DNA of 64,000 bases from assembly GCA_041739995.1 (NCBI GenBank), contig JBGSMV010000047.1:32001-96000 (forward strand). Reading direction: 5' to 3'. This document shows positions 27,818-38,450 of this stretch, piece after piece; the stretch's first letter is position 1; each line of letters starts with the position of its first letter. A program made the translations under genes and the position numbers. Under the pieces are notes generated by a model. It was not told the origin of the DNA, ran no database searches, and worked only from the letters and a program-made list of their open reading frames with translations. The DNA is from Bdellovibrionota bacterium. GTDB lineage: Bacteria > Bdellovibrionota_C > UBA2361 > JBGSMV01.

Positions 27818-29329
27818 TTAGGAGGCGATTTTTACTCGCGAAACGAGCTCGTCCTTTTCGACTAGCACCTCATCCGTTTTGGGCGGTACTTGCGTCTTAG
27901 ACTCAGAGATCAATGCGAGCCGCGCGCCTTCTGCCGGGGCACTCGAAGACGTCAGCGCCTTTCTCGCTTCCAGCGGCAAGCGGCCAGCTATTCCCGAGCC
28001 TCGCGCGTCGTGGCTTAAGGTTCGGATCGCTGGAGCTTGTTTATCCGCTACCACTGCATTCCCTGAAATCCAGCGCGAAACAAGCGCTTTTACTGCACTG
28101 ACTCCTAACGAACTGACCCCTACAACATTGGCCTTAGGAGTGGCTTCAGGTGCAGCGGCTACAGTCCCGTCCACTATCAACTGCTGGGCGATACGTTTGA
28201 TCGTTCTATTCACTCGCGCAGATGAGACAGAAAGAAGTGTTCCTCCTGAGGCGGGCCAACAAGAGCCCTTTCGACAGAACGGAATCGTACAAGACATCCA
28301 ATCAGAAGCGTCAACACGAGCGGCTCGGGCAAACTCTTCTCTTAAGAGTTGATTGGACACTCCCGCACTAAATGAACCATTTTCGACGATTGAGATGCGT
28401 CCATCTGCACCAGCCTGACGACGAATTCTTTCAATGCGATCGATTGACGCAAACAAAGAGGCGGGGTCGTTGTTCACCACACAGATGACTCGATCGGCTA
28501 TGCGATACAACACATCTCTAAAGATCCCTCTAAGAGATCCGACGTCTACCAAAACAATATCGCTGCCAAGCTCGAGAGTTTCAAAAAAGCTGGCAAGCAC
28601 TCGCCCCTGCCGGGCGGTGGGCGCCCAAAGGTCTTCGGTCTCTGGAGGCGGAGGAACTATTCTTAAGCCAGGTGCGTCACCCCACACCGCTGTCGAACAA
28701 TGGTCCACGTATTCTTTGGTGATGGGCCTTTGCTCATCCAGAATTAGACGAAGGTTTTCATTGACGAAGGGCTTCGCTTGAAGAAATCGGGAAAGGTCTT
28801 GGCTTTCGAAGTCACCATCAACCAACGTGACCGACTTTCCAAGTTCAACCAACGCTTCGCCCAGAGCGGCAGTTAGTGAGGTAATCCCCACTCCACCCTT
28901 TGCACCGTCCAGAAGTATGAGGTGCCCACTTGCACGCGCTGGCGCTCTCCTGGAAAGCAGCAAGAGCTTACGCACAAACTCGTCCGAAGAAGTCTCTTCA
29001 AAAAGCACATCATCAGCACCAAGCCGTGCGAGTTGCTCAATTACGCCAAGCGATCGAAACTCTGTGGTAAGTGAGACGAGGATAGAGGCATGCGGAAAGA
29101 GCGCACGAACTCGAGAAACTTCGAGCAGATCCGATCGCAGCATCTCGGGCCCAAGAATGCAGATATCAGGAGTTCCATGAAATCTTAGTTCATTGGGCGA
29201 AAGCGGCTGGATAGAATAGGTCGGGAGAAGTGGAAACTCTTCGAACTGAGAGCGGACATGCTCTTGAAACCTCTCGCACAATTGCTGCCTTGAAGCCGCA
29301 CTCGCGTCTACTACAACAATCTGGAGCAT
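27818..29329 (-). CDS. cpaE: CpaE/TadZ-like MinD/ParA ATPase with N-terminal pseudo-receiver domain
   Basis: IVVVD receiver-like start; GAKGGVGITS deviant Walker A; LVDGD; GAGGAG RBS before ATG 29329. Confidence 0.82.
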   Translation of the reverse strand: MLQIVVVDASAASRQQLCERFQEHVRSQFEEFPLLPTYSIQPLSPNELRFHGTPDICILGPEMLRSDLLEVSRVRALFPHASILVSLTTEFRSLGVIEQLARLGADDVLFEETSSDEFVRKLLLLSRRAPARASGHLILLDGAKGGVGITSLTAALGEALVELGKSVTLVDGDFESQDLSRFLQAKPFVNENLRLILDEQRPITKEYVDHCSTAVWGDAPGLRIVPPPPETEDLWAPTARQGRVLASFFETLELGSDIVLVDVGSLRGIFRDVLYRIADRVICVVNNDPASLFASIDRIERIRRQAGADGRISIVENGSFSAGVSNQLLREEFARAARVDASDWMSCTIPFCRKGSCWPASGGTLLSVSSARVNRTIKRIAQQLIVDGTVAAAPEATPKANVVGVSSLGVSAVKALVSRWISGNAVVADKQAPAIRTLSHDARGSGIAGRLPLEARKALTSSSAPAEGARLALISESKTQVPPKTDEVLVEKDELVSRVKIAS

Positions 29330-29618
29330 TACAACTCTCCTCAGGGGTTTCAAATAAATGTGGTCCGCGTCGTTGCCGTTCCGAAAAACCACACTTCATA
29401 AGCTCAGGGACACATCCCCGCTTGCTCATGCGGCCCGTTTGCATGCGGATAGTCGGCAATTTGAGAAAAAAGTTTCCTACGGAGAACCGGCGAGGGGCAC
29501 AGGCCAGGAGGACTGCTTCCATCTCCCTTGAAACTCAGAGAGAATCGCCGTTAAGCAAGGTAACAGCGACAAAATCGCTAATCAAAACAATGATTCTATT
29601 TCGAACAGATCCCTACTG

Positions 29619-30377
29619 ATGCACACAGAAAAGCGAACAGTGAGCTCACCGAAGTCGTCGCTCAGCATCAGCCGCGAGTGGCTGCGCGTTTCGTTCTCCA
29701 AAAGGTACGATCTTTCTATTCCACTCCGAGGCACATCACTGAGCGATCTTATTTTTGCCTTACTCTACGGTGTTTTCGACCAAAACGTGTTGGGCCTTCC
29801 AATCCATGAGGAGGCCAGCACAGTGCTACTTGATACCAAGGGACGCGATCCGCTCCACGTGCTCGACCCCAATTCTCCCTCCCCTGCAATGCACGATGAG
29901 CTGCTTTATCTTCGTGGCGTTGTTGTTGATACAGCAAGCGACGGCGAGAAAAACACTCCTGCCCAAGAGCCCTTTGAAGTTCGGTTAGAAACTCGCTTTT
30001 CTGAATTCACTGGGCGCGACCAGATTGCGCACCAAGTTTTTGTTCGCACCACTGGGCCATCAGCCTCATGGCTCTCCACTCTCTGCGTTGGCAACATCTC
30101 GAGAGCCGTTCCACTGCGCATCGATTATCTGCGCATCGGGATAGATCTATTCACTCGAGGAGGTATGTTTGGCTGGGTTTCTCGCACCCCCACAGTTACC
30201 CAAACAATCCTGTTAGAGCTTAGGCCTGATGAGCTTCAGATTCGTATGGTCGCTGAGAAGCTCAAAAATAGAACGGACCTGCCAATTCAGCGCAAATCAG
30301 TGGGCGATGGGCTTCAGCAGGCACTGCTTAAGGAACTACAGTTCGATATTATTTCCGACATAATTTCGAAAACTTAG
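29619..30377 (+). CDS. Hypothetical protein
   Basis: 252-aa ORF divergent from the Tad operon; no motif recognised. Confidence 0.6.
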   Translation: MHTEKRTVSSPKSSLSISREWLRVSFSKRYDLSIPLRGTSLSDLIFALLYGVFDQNVLGLPIHEEASTVLLDTKGRDPLHVLDPNSPSPAMHDELLYLRGVVVDTASDGEKNTPAQEPFEVRLETRFSEFTGRDQIAHQVFVRTTGPSASWLSTLCVGNISRAVPLRIDYLRIGIDLFTRGGMFGWVSRTPTVTQTILLELRPDELQIRMVAEKLKNRTDLPIQRKSVGDGLQQALLKELQFDIISDIISKT

Positions 30378-30515
30378 CGTTTAGGCCACTGTTTGCTGGG
30401 CTTTTACGGGCACGTGATAGTTTTCTCACTTCGTTGACCCAGTAGCTTAGCTACAAACTCGCGCTATACTCCCCGCTCCTGTCATGTCAGGGCATTCGAG
30501 GAGAAGGGGGAGAAT

Positions 30516-32369
30516 TTGAATTCGTCGCGATTTTGCTTTCAACCAGGCAATTCTGGGCTCGTTTTCATCTGCGCCGGAGCCAAGCTCGTACTTTTAAGTA
30601 TCCTTTTCTTTGGCCTCGCCCCTTTCATCGCCTTCGGACAAACTAATTCTTTAAATCAAGACTTCGTGCGCGCGGGCGAGTATGTCGTCGTACGGGCTTC
30701 TGCTCAGGCGCTTCATAGTCAGACACCTCAAAGCAATCAAGCGGTGGGTGTTTACGAACCGGAGTCGGAAACTCAACTCCTTCAAGTTGAGGCGCCTACT
30801 CAGCAAGTGGCCCCCGTTACCGCCTATGCATTAAGTACAAAGGCCGTAGTACCCTTCGATCCTGCTCAGAATGAGTGCGATCATTTACGACAGCTTGACC
30901 CCACCATTCTTGCCTGTAGTCCTAATTTTCTTCGAAAGCGCTTTTTGGTGCCCTCTGATTCCTTTGTGAGCAGTCAAAGTAATCTTCTCAAGGGAAGTCC
31001 CAGTGGTGTTGATGCTCCTCTTGCCTGGGAATATTCAACCGGCTCACGCGAGGTAGTGATCGCAATATTGGACAGCGGACTCGACTACACCCACCCCGAT
31101 CTACTTCCAAACATTTGGGTAAACCCACACGAGATTGCCGGCAACGGCGTGGACGATGACCAGAACGGCTATATTGATGATGTGCATGGGATTGATGCCG
31201 CGGCTGGCTCTGGAGACCCCCAATCTTCTGATGCGCACGGCACACATGTGGCGGGCATCATCGGTGCCGTAGGCAATAACGGTATCGGCGTATCGGGAGT
31301 GAGCTGGTCAGTCTCTCTCCTTGCAATTAAGGCGAGTGACGAAGAAGGGTTTTTCTCGACCTTCGACATTGCCAAAGGACTTGATTATGTCAGGCGCCTA
31401 AAAGTCGAGCGCGGAGCTCGCATCGTCGCGGTCAATGCGTCGTTTGGAGGGTTCAGCCCCTCTGATGTGGAGTTTCGAGCAATTGAGAGACTTCGTTTGG
31501 CCGGTATTCTCTTTGTTGCTGCAGCCGGCAATGAAAGCGCCAATATTGATCGTAACCCGGTTTTCCCCGCCAGCTATCAGCTCGATAATATTATCAGTGT
31601 TCTGGCGACGGATGAACGTGGTGCACGTGCTAATTTTTCGAACTACGGTTTTCTCAACGCCGACATTGCCGCTCCCGGCACTCGAATTTTAAGCACTCTT
31701 CCCTTTGGATCCTATGGAAGACTTGATGGCACCTCGATGGCCACACCAATGGTAGCAGGCGCGTTAGCGCTTGGTGCCGCGGTACGTCCGGACCTCTCTG
31801 GAGAGGAGCTTCGCGCAGCGCTTTTCAGTTCTGGTGCGGTGGTTCCCAGCCTCGATGCGCTCACCTCCACCGGTCGTTTCCTGGACGTAGGAAGCTTTAT
31901 TGCACGAATCTTCGACGGCTCTACTGCGGGCACACCAGATGCAATCCCCGCCTCTCCACGCATAGTTCGCGACATGCCATTTAGGCTTCGCTTTCTGAGT
32001 CGTCGAGGAGCACGAACGAGAAAGTTTAGAGCAGGCAGGTCCTTGCACTTGATTCTGAACTCGGGTCGCTCAATCTCCCCGCAAAGCGCGGCCACTATCT
32101 ATCTTCGATTTGTGGTGAACTCCGTAGCATGTGAACTACCGGTAAAAATCTCAGATATCGCTCGTGAATCATTTCAACTTGACACCAGCACCCGAGGAAC
32201 AAACCAAGTATCCTCTCTCGGGGTACGAGTCCTTAATGGAGAAGGCGTCCAAGTATTCTCTAAGCAAATTAAGAATAGTCGCTCAAGAGATCTTCAAGCT
32301 TTCACCCCGCGCCGTAGCGTGCATCGCCGGGTTTGCAATTCCCTCATCTCAGCGCTCAGGGTCAGGTAA
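30516..32369 (+). CDS. Secreted S8 (subtilisin-like) serine peptidase
   Basis: ILDSG, HGTHVAG, AAAGN, GTSMATPMVAG. Confidence 0.93.
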   Translation: MNSSRFCFQPGNSGLVFICAGAKLVLLSILFFGLAPFIAFGQTNSLNQDFVRAGEYVVVRASAQALHSQTPQSNQAVGVYEPESETQLLQVEAPTQQVAPVTAYALSTKAVVPFDPAQNECDHLRQLDPTILACSPNFLRKRFLVPSDSFVSSQSNLLKGSPSGVDAPLAWEYSTGSREVVIAILDSGLDYTHPDLLPNIWVNPHEIAGNGVDDDQNGYIDDVHGIDAAAGSGDPQSSDAHGTHVAGIIGAVGNNGIGVSGVSWSVSLLAIKASDEEGFFSTFDIAKGLDYVRRLKVERGARIVAVNASFGGFSPSDVEFRAIERLRLAGILFVAAAGNESANIDRNPVFPASYQLDNIISVLATDERGARANFSNYGFLNADIAAPGTRILSTLPFGSYGRLDGTSMATPMVAGALALGAAVRPDLSGEELRAALFSSGAVVPSLDALTSTGRFLDVGSFIARIFDGSTAGTPDAIPASPRIVRDMPFRLRFLSRRGARTRKFRAGRSLHLILNSGRSISPQSAATIYLRFVVNSVACELPVKISDIARESFQLDTSTRGTNQVSSLGVRVLNGEGVQVFSKQIKNSRSRDLQAFTPRRSVHRRVCNSLISALRVR

Positions 32370-32468
32370 TTTCTTTAAGTTGCGTCTCGTTAACTTGTCG
32401 AAAGAAGCCGCACTGGCCCGAATGCCGTTCAACTACGCAACTCACTGGCATCTGGTACGACTATATCA

Positions 32469-33026
32469 TCAGTTCAAAACATCGACCGCTTCTTCATCAT
32501 CAGCGCTAAAGTTTGGATCTGAGAGTGAGAACTCTCTTTCGGGTGAGATGAGCACATCATGTTTAAACTGGTCGATTTCTACTCTGGCGCTGTTGTCGCG
32601 TTTGTCTCCGAATAGTTCGAGTTCAATTCTTCCCTCTAGGTCCTCATCGAACGTGCTCTGCGGGAGATAGAAAGTGACGTACGTGAATTCGGACCGGGCA
32701 CCTGGTCCAAAAGTGGGAGTGATCGCCACAGAATCGCGTCCGATAATGAGGCGTGTCGACCCTGTCACCAATCGCAAAGACCCAGTGGTGTATCTCACCA
32801 CAACTACGACACCATCAGGATTTACTCGACGAATATCGACAGTAACAAGCGTTCGCTCTCCTACTCCGATAGCGTTCGGCTTGACTGACAAGTCAATGTC
32901 AGCTCCTTTTAGGAGATCGTAATCATCTCCACCGCCGCCTCCCGATCCACAAGCAGTAAGCGCGAGGGTGAAGCAAAGGAAAAGAGTAAGGTATAAGTGC
33001 CGCATATATGAAGAATAGATGCTCAT
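32469..33026 (-). CDS. Hypothetical lipoprotein
   Basis: LTAC lipobox followed by Gly linker; beta-rich body. Confidence 0.75.
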   Translation of the reverse strand: MSIYSSYMRHLYLTLFLCFTLALTACGSGGGGGDDYDLLKGADIDLSVKPNAIGVGERTLVTVDIRRVNPDGVVVVVRYTTGSLRLVTGSTRLIIGRDSVAITPTFGPGARSEFTYVTFYLPQSTFDEDLEGRIELELFGDKRDNSARVEIDQFKHDVLISPEREFSLSDPNFSADDEEAVDVLN

Positions 33027-33196
33027 ATGAGGTGAGTGTTTCGGTGATTATTGGGCGAAAAAGCCGCAATGGCGAGAAGTGGCAAACAAAACGCCGTCTT
33101 TGGCTTCCAACTGTAGTATTTGTGCCCTCTGGTCACTATAGCTAGCCTAGCTATTTCGACACACAGGACTAGCGAAGGCCACCGGGGGTGCACGCC

Positions 33197-33790
33197 ATGA
33201 CTAATACATCGCCATACACAGATGCGAGACAAGCGCTATTTCGCACCTTCTATGAAAAGGCACTGCCCTACTCAGATTATGTATCTCAGGGGCAACCAGC
33301 TCATCAGGCGCGCTGGGAGGACTTCCGCTTAGGTATCTCACTGTCTCTAGAGCAGACCACCCTGGTTAAGGGCTTTCAGAGAAAGCTGCATCTCCTAGTA
33401 CTCTCTGGAGTCTGGTGCGGAGACTGCGCTCGCCAAGGGCCCATGCTTCAGGCTATCGCGGACGCCAGCTCTATGATTGAGGCGCGCTTCATAGACAACA
33501 AAGATTTCCCCGAACTGCAAGACGAGCTACGTATTCTTGGCGCTGAGCGCGTTCCCGTAGTGGTAGGACTTTCTGAGGACTTCTTTGAAGTGTTTCGCTT
33601 TGGAGATCGGCACTTAAGCGTTTATCGCCGTAAGGCAGCGGCAGAGCTGGGTGCCGCGTGCGACCCTGGGCTACTGCCACCTCCCGCTGAGGAGTTGGCC
33701 GTCGAGCTGTCAGAGTGGCTTGGTCTCATTGAGCGAGCGCAACTGTTGCTGCGCTTGTCTCCGATGCTAAGAAAGCGCTACAACGATTAG
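33197..33790 (+). CDS. Thioredoxin-family protein
   Basis: WCGDC motif, RVPVVV. Confidence 0.85.
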   Translation: MTNTSPYTDARQALFRTFYEKALPYSDYVSQGQPAHQARWEDFRLGISLSLEQTTLVKGFQRKLHLLVLSGVWCGDCARQGPMLQAIADASSMIEARFIDNKDFPELQDELRILGAERVPVVVGLSEDFFEVFRFGDRHLSVYRRKAAAELGAACDPGLLPPPAEELAVELSEWLGLIERAQLLLRLSPMLRKRYND

Positions 33791-33823
33791 AAATCTTAAC
33801 GCAAAATAGAAAGAGGGCCAGTT

Positions 33824-34240
33824 ATGTACGATCCAACACGAGTACAGAGCATGAGAGAAGAGCTTACCAAGGCAGGCTTCAAAGAGCTTAATAGCCCAGA
33901 GGAAGTTGATTCATTTATGAAATCAATCTCTCAAGGCACCGCCATGGTGGTAGTGAACTCGGTTTGTGGTTGTGCTGCGGGCGGGGCTAGACCAGGAGCG
34001 ACACTTTCACTCCGGCATCCTAAAAAACCGATGCACCTTGCTACGGTATTCGCTGGACAAGATGCCAAGGCAACAGAACAGGCTCGAACCTACTTTGTTG
34101 GACACCCACCATCATCTCCTGCTGTTGCGTTGTTTAAAGACGGGAAACTGTCCTACATGCTCCCACGACATGAAATTGAAGGCTCCACGCCACAACAAAT
34201 CGCTCAGGCGCTTGGCAGTGCATTTGACAAGGTATTCTGA
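33824..34240 (+). CDS. BrxA/BrxB-family bacilliredoxin
   Basis: NSVCGCAAGGARP, TVFAGQD, PSSP, RHEIEG. Confidence 0.92.
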   Translation: MYDPTRVQSMREELTKAGFKELNSPEEVDSFMKSISQGTAMVVVNSVCGCAAGGARPGATLSLRHPKKPMHLATVFAGQDAKATEQARTYFVGHPPSSPAVALFKDGKLSYMLPRHEIEGSTPQQIAQALGSAFDKVF

Positions 34241-34727
34241 GTTGCCGCTAAGCGGTTGACGTAAGAAAAGGCGGCGAATCTGAAAAACAGATTGCGGGTA
34301 CAGATCTGCAAAGGGGACTTTCTCTACATGACCTCGTCAGCATTCAGCTTAATTAGGACAGCGTTAGCGACTAAACACCGTTTCATTATTTTTAAATTTG
34401 CGCGCAACTATCTAATATTACTGATAATAGTAAGTTTGATCTAGATCTCATATTTCACTAACATAGCACTCCGGACGTTTTTTTCGATCGTGATTCTTGG
34501 AATGCGTCCTCGTGTAATTCCAGCAGCACCATAAGCGCTGCTTAGTTCATTAAGAATATTTCCTCGCACCGAAAGATTGCCGTCGCCGGAAAGAGCGATC
34601 TTATCGCCGGGCTAGATTTGTTTTTTTGCGTTTAGGTGAAGGCGATAGTCGGATCGCTTTCAGGACTTCCAACAGTTTTTTCTTGGAAGACCCTTGTAGA
34701 AGATAGTGAAGGTACTAGGTAGCTAAT

Positions 34728-35282
34728 ATGTCGACAGCCTCACATCGCACTAACCCTTCTGCCTATCCATCACGCGAAGCGCAGACCTCTGGCGATACGA
34801 ACCCACTACAGCTCTTCATTCGTCCAGAACACACTCAAACTCCCACCTCACTTCGAGACACTGAAGTTTCACCAGAAGCATTTCGTCTTCGCTTGGCTCC
34901 AGACTCGTATTATGTCCAAATCAGCTTCCCCGTCGGAAATCTAAGAATTGAGCTTCCTTGCTCGGAAGAGCGTCTCGACCAGGGTGCTTCCCGAATTGTA
35001 GCCGCCTCTGCCAAACTGCACCCCTATCAAAGTGCAGTGGTTCGACAACAAATGAGCAGCCGCGGCCAAACCGCCCTCGAGAAACTTTGTGAGGCAGTCG
35101 AAGTGACGCTTATTTACTCGGATGTCACCAACAGCGGGGACGAAAAACTTCGAAGACAGACCATGGTGCTTGGCACCCCCTTGTTTACCGACGACCACCC
35201 TTCCTATGGGATGCGTATTGGACCAACGTCGCTAAAGTTTGTGCTGTTCGATGGCGAAAGCTCTCGCAGACGTGCGGCTTAG
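34728..35282 (+). CDS. Hypothetical protein
   Basis: 184-aa ORF after a long intergenic region; no motif recognised. Confidence 0.55.
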   Translation: MSTASHRTNPSAYPSREAQTSGDTNPLQLFIRPEHTQTPTSLRDTEVSPEAFRLRLAPDSYYVQISFPVGNLRIELPCSEERLDQGASRIVAASAKLHPYQSAVVRQQMSSRGQTALEKLCEAVEVTLIYSDVTNSGDEKLRRQTMVLGTPLFTDDHPSYGMRIGPTSLKFVLFDGESSRRRAA

Positions 35283-35294
35283 TAACACGGCGAA

Positions 35295-36272
35295 CTAAAA
35301 CGACCGATCGCCCTGAACCATCTTTCCAAGCTGCCCCAATACTGTGCCTTCCCCTTTTCCTCCGGCTGCAGCAACCTGCATACGACCCGCCAAGCGCGAG
35401 AATGGCAGCGACTGCAACCAAACAGTGCCTGGGCCTCGCAGCGAAGCAAAGAACAAGCCCTCGCCTCCAAAAATTGCGGTCTTAATGTTCCCCGCCTGTT
35501 CAATCTCGAAATTCACACTCGACTGCAAAGCAACAATACAGCCGGTATCAACGTGCAGCTTCTCTCCCGCCTTGAGCGTTCGCTCCACCAGTGTTCCGCC
35601 CGCATGCACAAAGGCGAGTCCATCACCTTCGAGCTTTTGCATAATAAATCCTTCTCCTCCAAACAGCCCGGTGAGGATCTTGCGTTGAAAGAAGATTCCG
35701 ATGGAGACACCGCGGGCAGCACACAAAAAACTATCCTTCTGACAGAGGAGTGATCCGCCCATGCTCTTTAGCGTTACCGGTACGATATTTCCTGGATATG
35801 GCGCGGCGAACGCAACTTTTCCCTTGCCATTTCCTGACTGAGTGAAAAGCGTCATGAACAGCCCCTCTCCCGTCACGAGACGCTTGCCGGCACTAAAGAG
35901 TTTATCAACTAGGCCGGTTTCCTTTGAGCCATCGCCGAAAACCGCATCCATGGCAATCGAAGGATCCTTGTACATGAGAGAACCCGCCTCTGCGACGCAG
36001 CTCTCGCCCGGATCTAGCTCGATTTCGACGAATTGCATCTCCGATCCAAAGACCTTGTAGTCAATGGCATCACTTCGCTGCGTAACCGGAGGTGGCGCCA
36101 CATCACTGGAGGGGGACCCAATCAGCTCCCCTACCGTGCGAATAGGAACCCATTCGGGAAAGCCCTCGCGCCATGCAAGACCGTCACTGCCCTGCCGCAC
36201 TCGAGAGCATGCGTCTTCAAGGCTAAGTGGGCCAAACTGTTGTCCTTCATAGCTGAGATACCACTTTTTCAT
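35295..36272 (-). CDS. TIGR00266/AIM24 family protein with N-terminal GYF_2 domain
   Basis: WY...QFGP...WREGFPEW; EIELDPGE, GLFGGEGFIMQKL, VWLQSLPFSRLA. Confidence 0.9.
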   Translation of the reverse strand: MKKWYLSYEGQQFGPLSLEDACSRVRQGSDGLAWREGFPEWVPIRTVGELIGSPSSDVAPPPVTQRSDAIDYKVFGSEMQFVEIELDPGESCVAEAGSLMYKDPSIAMDAVFGDGSKETGLVDKLFSAGKRLVTGEGLFMTLFTQSGNGKGKVAFAAPYPGNIVPVTLKSMGGSLLCQKDSFLCAARGVSIGIFFQRKILTGLFGGEGFIMQKLEGDGLAFVHAGGTLVERTLKAGEKLHVDTGCIVALQSSVNFEIEQAGNIKTAIFGGEGLFFASLRGPGTVWLQSLPFSRLAGRMQVAAAGGKGEGTVLGQLGKMVQGDRSF

Positions 36273-36421
36273 ATTGCCTCTCCGTTAGATCCAAGAGCCA
36301 TGTAACTGTGAGCTCTCATATTGAAACTTGGATTCTGCTCTTGAGATACCGTCGACATACGCAGACTTCAAGTCCATTTGAACGCTTTGCTTAGACATCG
36401 TTACTCTCTAGGATAGCCTTT

Positions 36422-37687
36422 GTGACCGCAGTACCAGAGTCCTCCCGATTTAACGACGTTACCGAGAATCTAATTGGCTCTGCTGTCCCTTCGCTTTTGC
36501 TCTACGCAGCGAAACAACGCCACCCCACTGCAAGCTCTTCTCCGTTCGATACCATCGCGCTCGACCAGTGCCGCTTCGGTCTCTCTCGACAAAGAGGCTC
36601 AGACCGAGTGGTGCTCTCCGTTAAGGCCGTTGAGGGAGAAGATACTCTACAGAAACCCTTCGTTCATCGAGAGATCCTCGATCTCTCCTCAGAATCTCCG
36701 TTGCTGCTAGGCGATCAGTTTTTAAGTCTACGCCAAATTTCACTACTGCGTTCTCTCGCCAAGATTTCAAACCCAGATCTCTCTCCGCCTTCTCTGTTGG
36801 AATGCACCACGATCCCGATTGAATACCTGCCTGAAGATGAATTGCCAGAACTGTTCGCACGCAAGGGGAAATTTCACGTATTTGGCCAGGTCAAGTGCTC
36901 CGATGGAAGCACGGTTGCAATCGACTGCTTCGTATATAATGCGGAATTTCAGATTTGCATTCACGCCTGCGCGATCCCTTTTCCTGGTCAGTCTTGTGTT
37001 CCTCGAACCCCTGCTCAGACTGACGGATATCTTGTGGAAGTCGCGGGCTTAGAGGAACCAGCGCTAGTTTCTGGATTGACCCAGCGCCAGGCGGAATATC
37101 TATTTCAGTGCCTTATTGATCATACCGACGATTTTGGAATTGCGTTTACTGCCGGCTATGTTCCAGAACTTATTCAGCATGCATTGCACCACCCCTCTGG
37201 AGTCATTGGTACTCCCGTCACGTTCCAAGAGTGTAAGTCCGCTCCGCTTTCGTTCTCGCTTGCTGACATTCAGAACGCGCTCCAATCTCCTGGACGGCAC
37301 GAGTTTAATGGATATCTTCCAATCGGCGATGATCCAGACATTTTCTGCTACGCAGATATCGCGTGTTGGAGAGGAAGGTCGAATATCAGGTCTGTGCGAG
37401 ATCACTCCCTGCTTGCCTCCGAAGATGTCGTCGTTCTTAGAGCCGTGAGCAACCTTCGCAATGGTACATATGAGCCCCCGCGCTCAGAGGCGGCAACCAC
37501 CGGCTACGTACTTGAAGTTGGCCCGTATCAAGATGTCTTTGAACTTGATGATGTTTCTCGAGAATTTGCGCTCGAGCTATTTGAGCTTGCTGTGTCCAAC
37601 TATAAAACAGGTGGACTTTCCCGAGCCCTAGAAGCAGTCAATAAAATCAATGAGTCAGCTGCCGGGGATGAGGATGCCGACGATTAA
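36422..37687 (+). CDS. Hypothetical protein with internal duplication
   Basis: 421-aa ORF with two similar PRxxAxTxGYxxEV segments. Confidence 0.7.
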   Translation: MTAVPESSRFNDVTENLIGSAVPSLLLYAAKQRHPTASSSPFDTIALDQCRFGLSRQRGSDRVVLSVKAVEGEDTLQKPFVHREILDLSSESPLLLGDQFLSLRQISLLRSLAKISNPDLSPPSLLECTTIPIEYLPEDELPELFARKGKFHVFGQVKCSDGSTVAIDCFVYNAEFQICIHACAIPFPGQSCVPRTPAQTDGYLVEVAGLEEPALVSGLTQRQAEYLFQCLIDHTDDFGIAFTAGYVPELIQHALHHPSGVIGTPVTFQECKSAPLSFSLADIQNALQSPGRHEFNGYLPIGDDPDIFCYADIACWRGRSNIRSVRDHSLLASEDVVVLRAVSNLRNGTYEPPRSEAATTGYVLEVGPYQDVFELDDVSREFALELFELAVSNYKTGGLSRALEAVNKINESAAGDEDADD

Positions 37688-37712
37688 GCTTTGATTAGCT
37701 ACCCATCAGCCT

Positions 37713-38351
37713 TTAAGCAGCCGCGCCGACTTTGACTGCGTCAAGCTCACCTAAAATTGCGGCTTTCTGCTCCTCTGACAAACCAAGCCCCGTTCCCAAC
37801 TTTTCCATGAAGCGTCGCTCAGCATCGGTGTCAATGATTATTGCCAATGCTGCAGCAGCAAAAACTCTTGCGCGCACATCGTCACTGCCAGCTTGCGCTA
37901 TCAGCGCTTCAATTGGACAGGGATTAGAAAGTTCCTGGGCGATAAAGGTTCGCTCATCAGCGGAAAGGGTTCCTCGCTCGAGCAGCTCTACTATCGTACT
38001 CCTTTCACTTGGATCGAGTACGCCATCGGCATGTGCCGCAGCAACCATCGCACGCAATAGCAATAACTGCTCGGAATCGATCGGAGGCGCCTGCTCGGTG
38101 GACTGTGGCAGCGAGGGAGAGGGCAATTTCTGCGTCAACGGTTGAGCGTTTGCTGCACGGCCCGCAGCTGCGCCGTCTGCGTAGTGCTCATACGCGGAAA
38201 CTGCGAGCCCAAGTAGGCCCATCACTATTTTCCCCTGAGGTAAACCAAGCTTTGGTGTCTCTGCCCGCCCACCAACACGCCGCTGCGGCTTGAGATTCCC
38301 GGACGCACCTTGCGTCGCCATTCCCACTAATAGCTTTTGCATGTCAATCAT
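37713..38351 (-). CDS. DUF533 / TerB-like protein
   Basis: LLRAMVAAAHADGVLDPSER, DTDAERRFMEKL. Confidence 0.82.
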   Translation of the reverse strand: MIDMQKLLVGMATQGASGNLKPQRRVGGRAETPKLGLPQGKIVMGLLGLAVSAYEHYADGAAAGRAANAQPLTQKLPSPSLPQSTEQAPPIDSEQLLLLRAMVAAAHADGVLDPSERSTIVELLERGTLSADERTFIAQELSNPCPIEALIAQAGSDDVRARVFAAAALAIIIDTDAERRFMEKLGTGLGLSEEQKAAILGELDAVKVGAAA

Positions 38352-38450
38352 AGTTACCACTCCGTGCAAGCCCAACACTAAATACTATAATAGAAAAAGC
38401 CGCATGCCTGTGTAGAAGATTTGCCACAAAGATTCCTGACACGATACCCA

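Noticed and set aside
18176..29522. Many 60-170 aa antisense ORFs in the ORF track
   Set aside because: Shadows of well-supported genes with no motifs of their own
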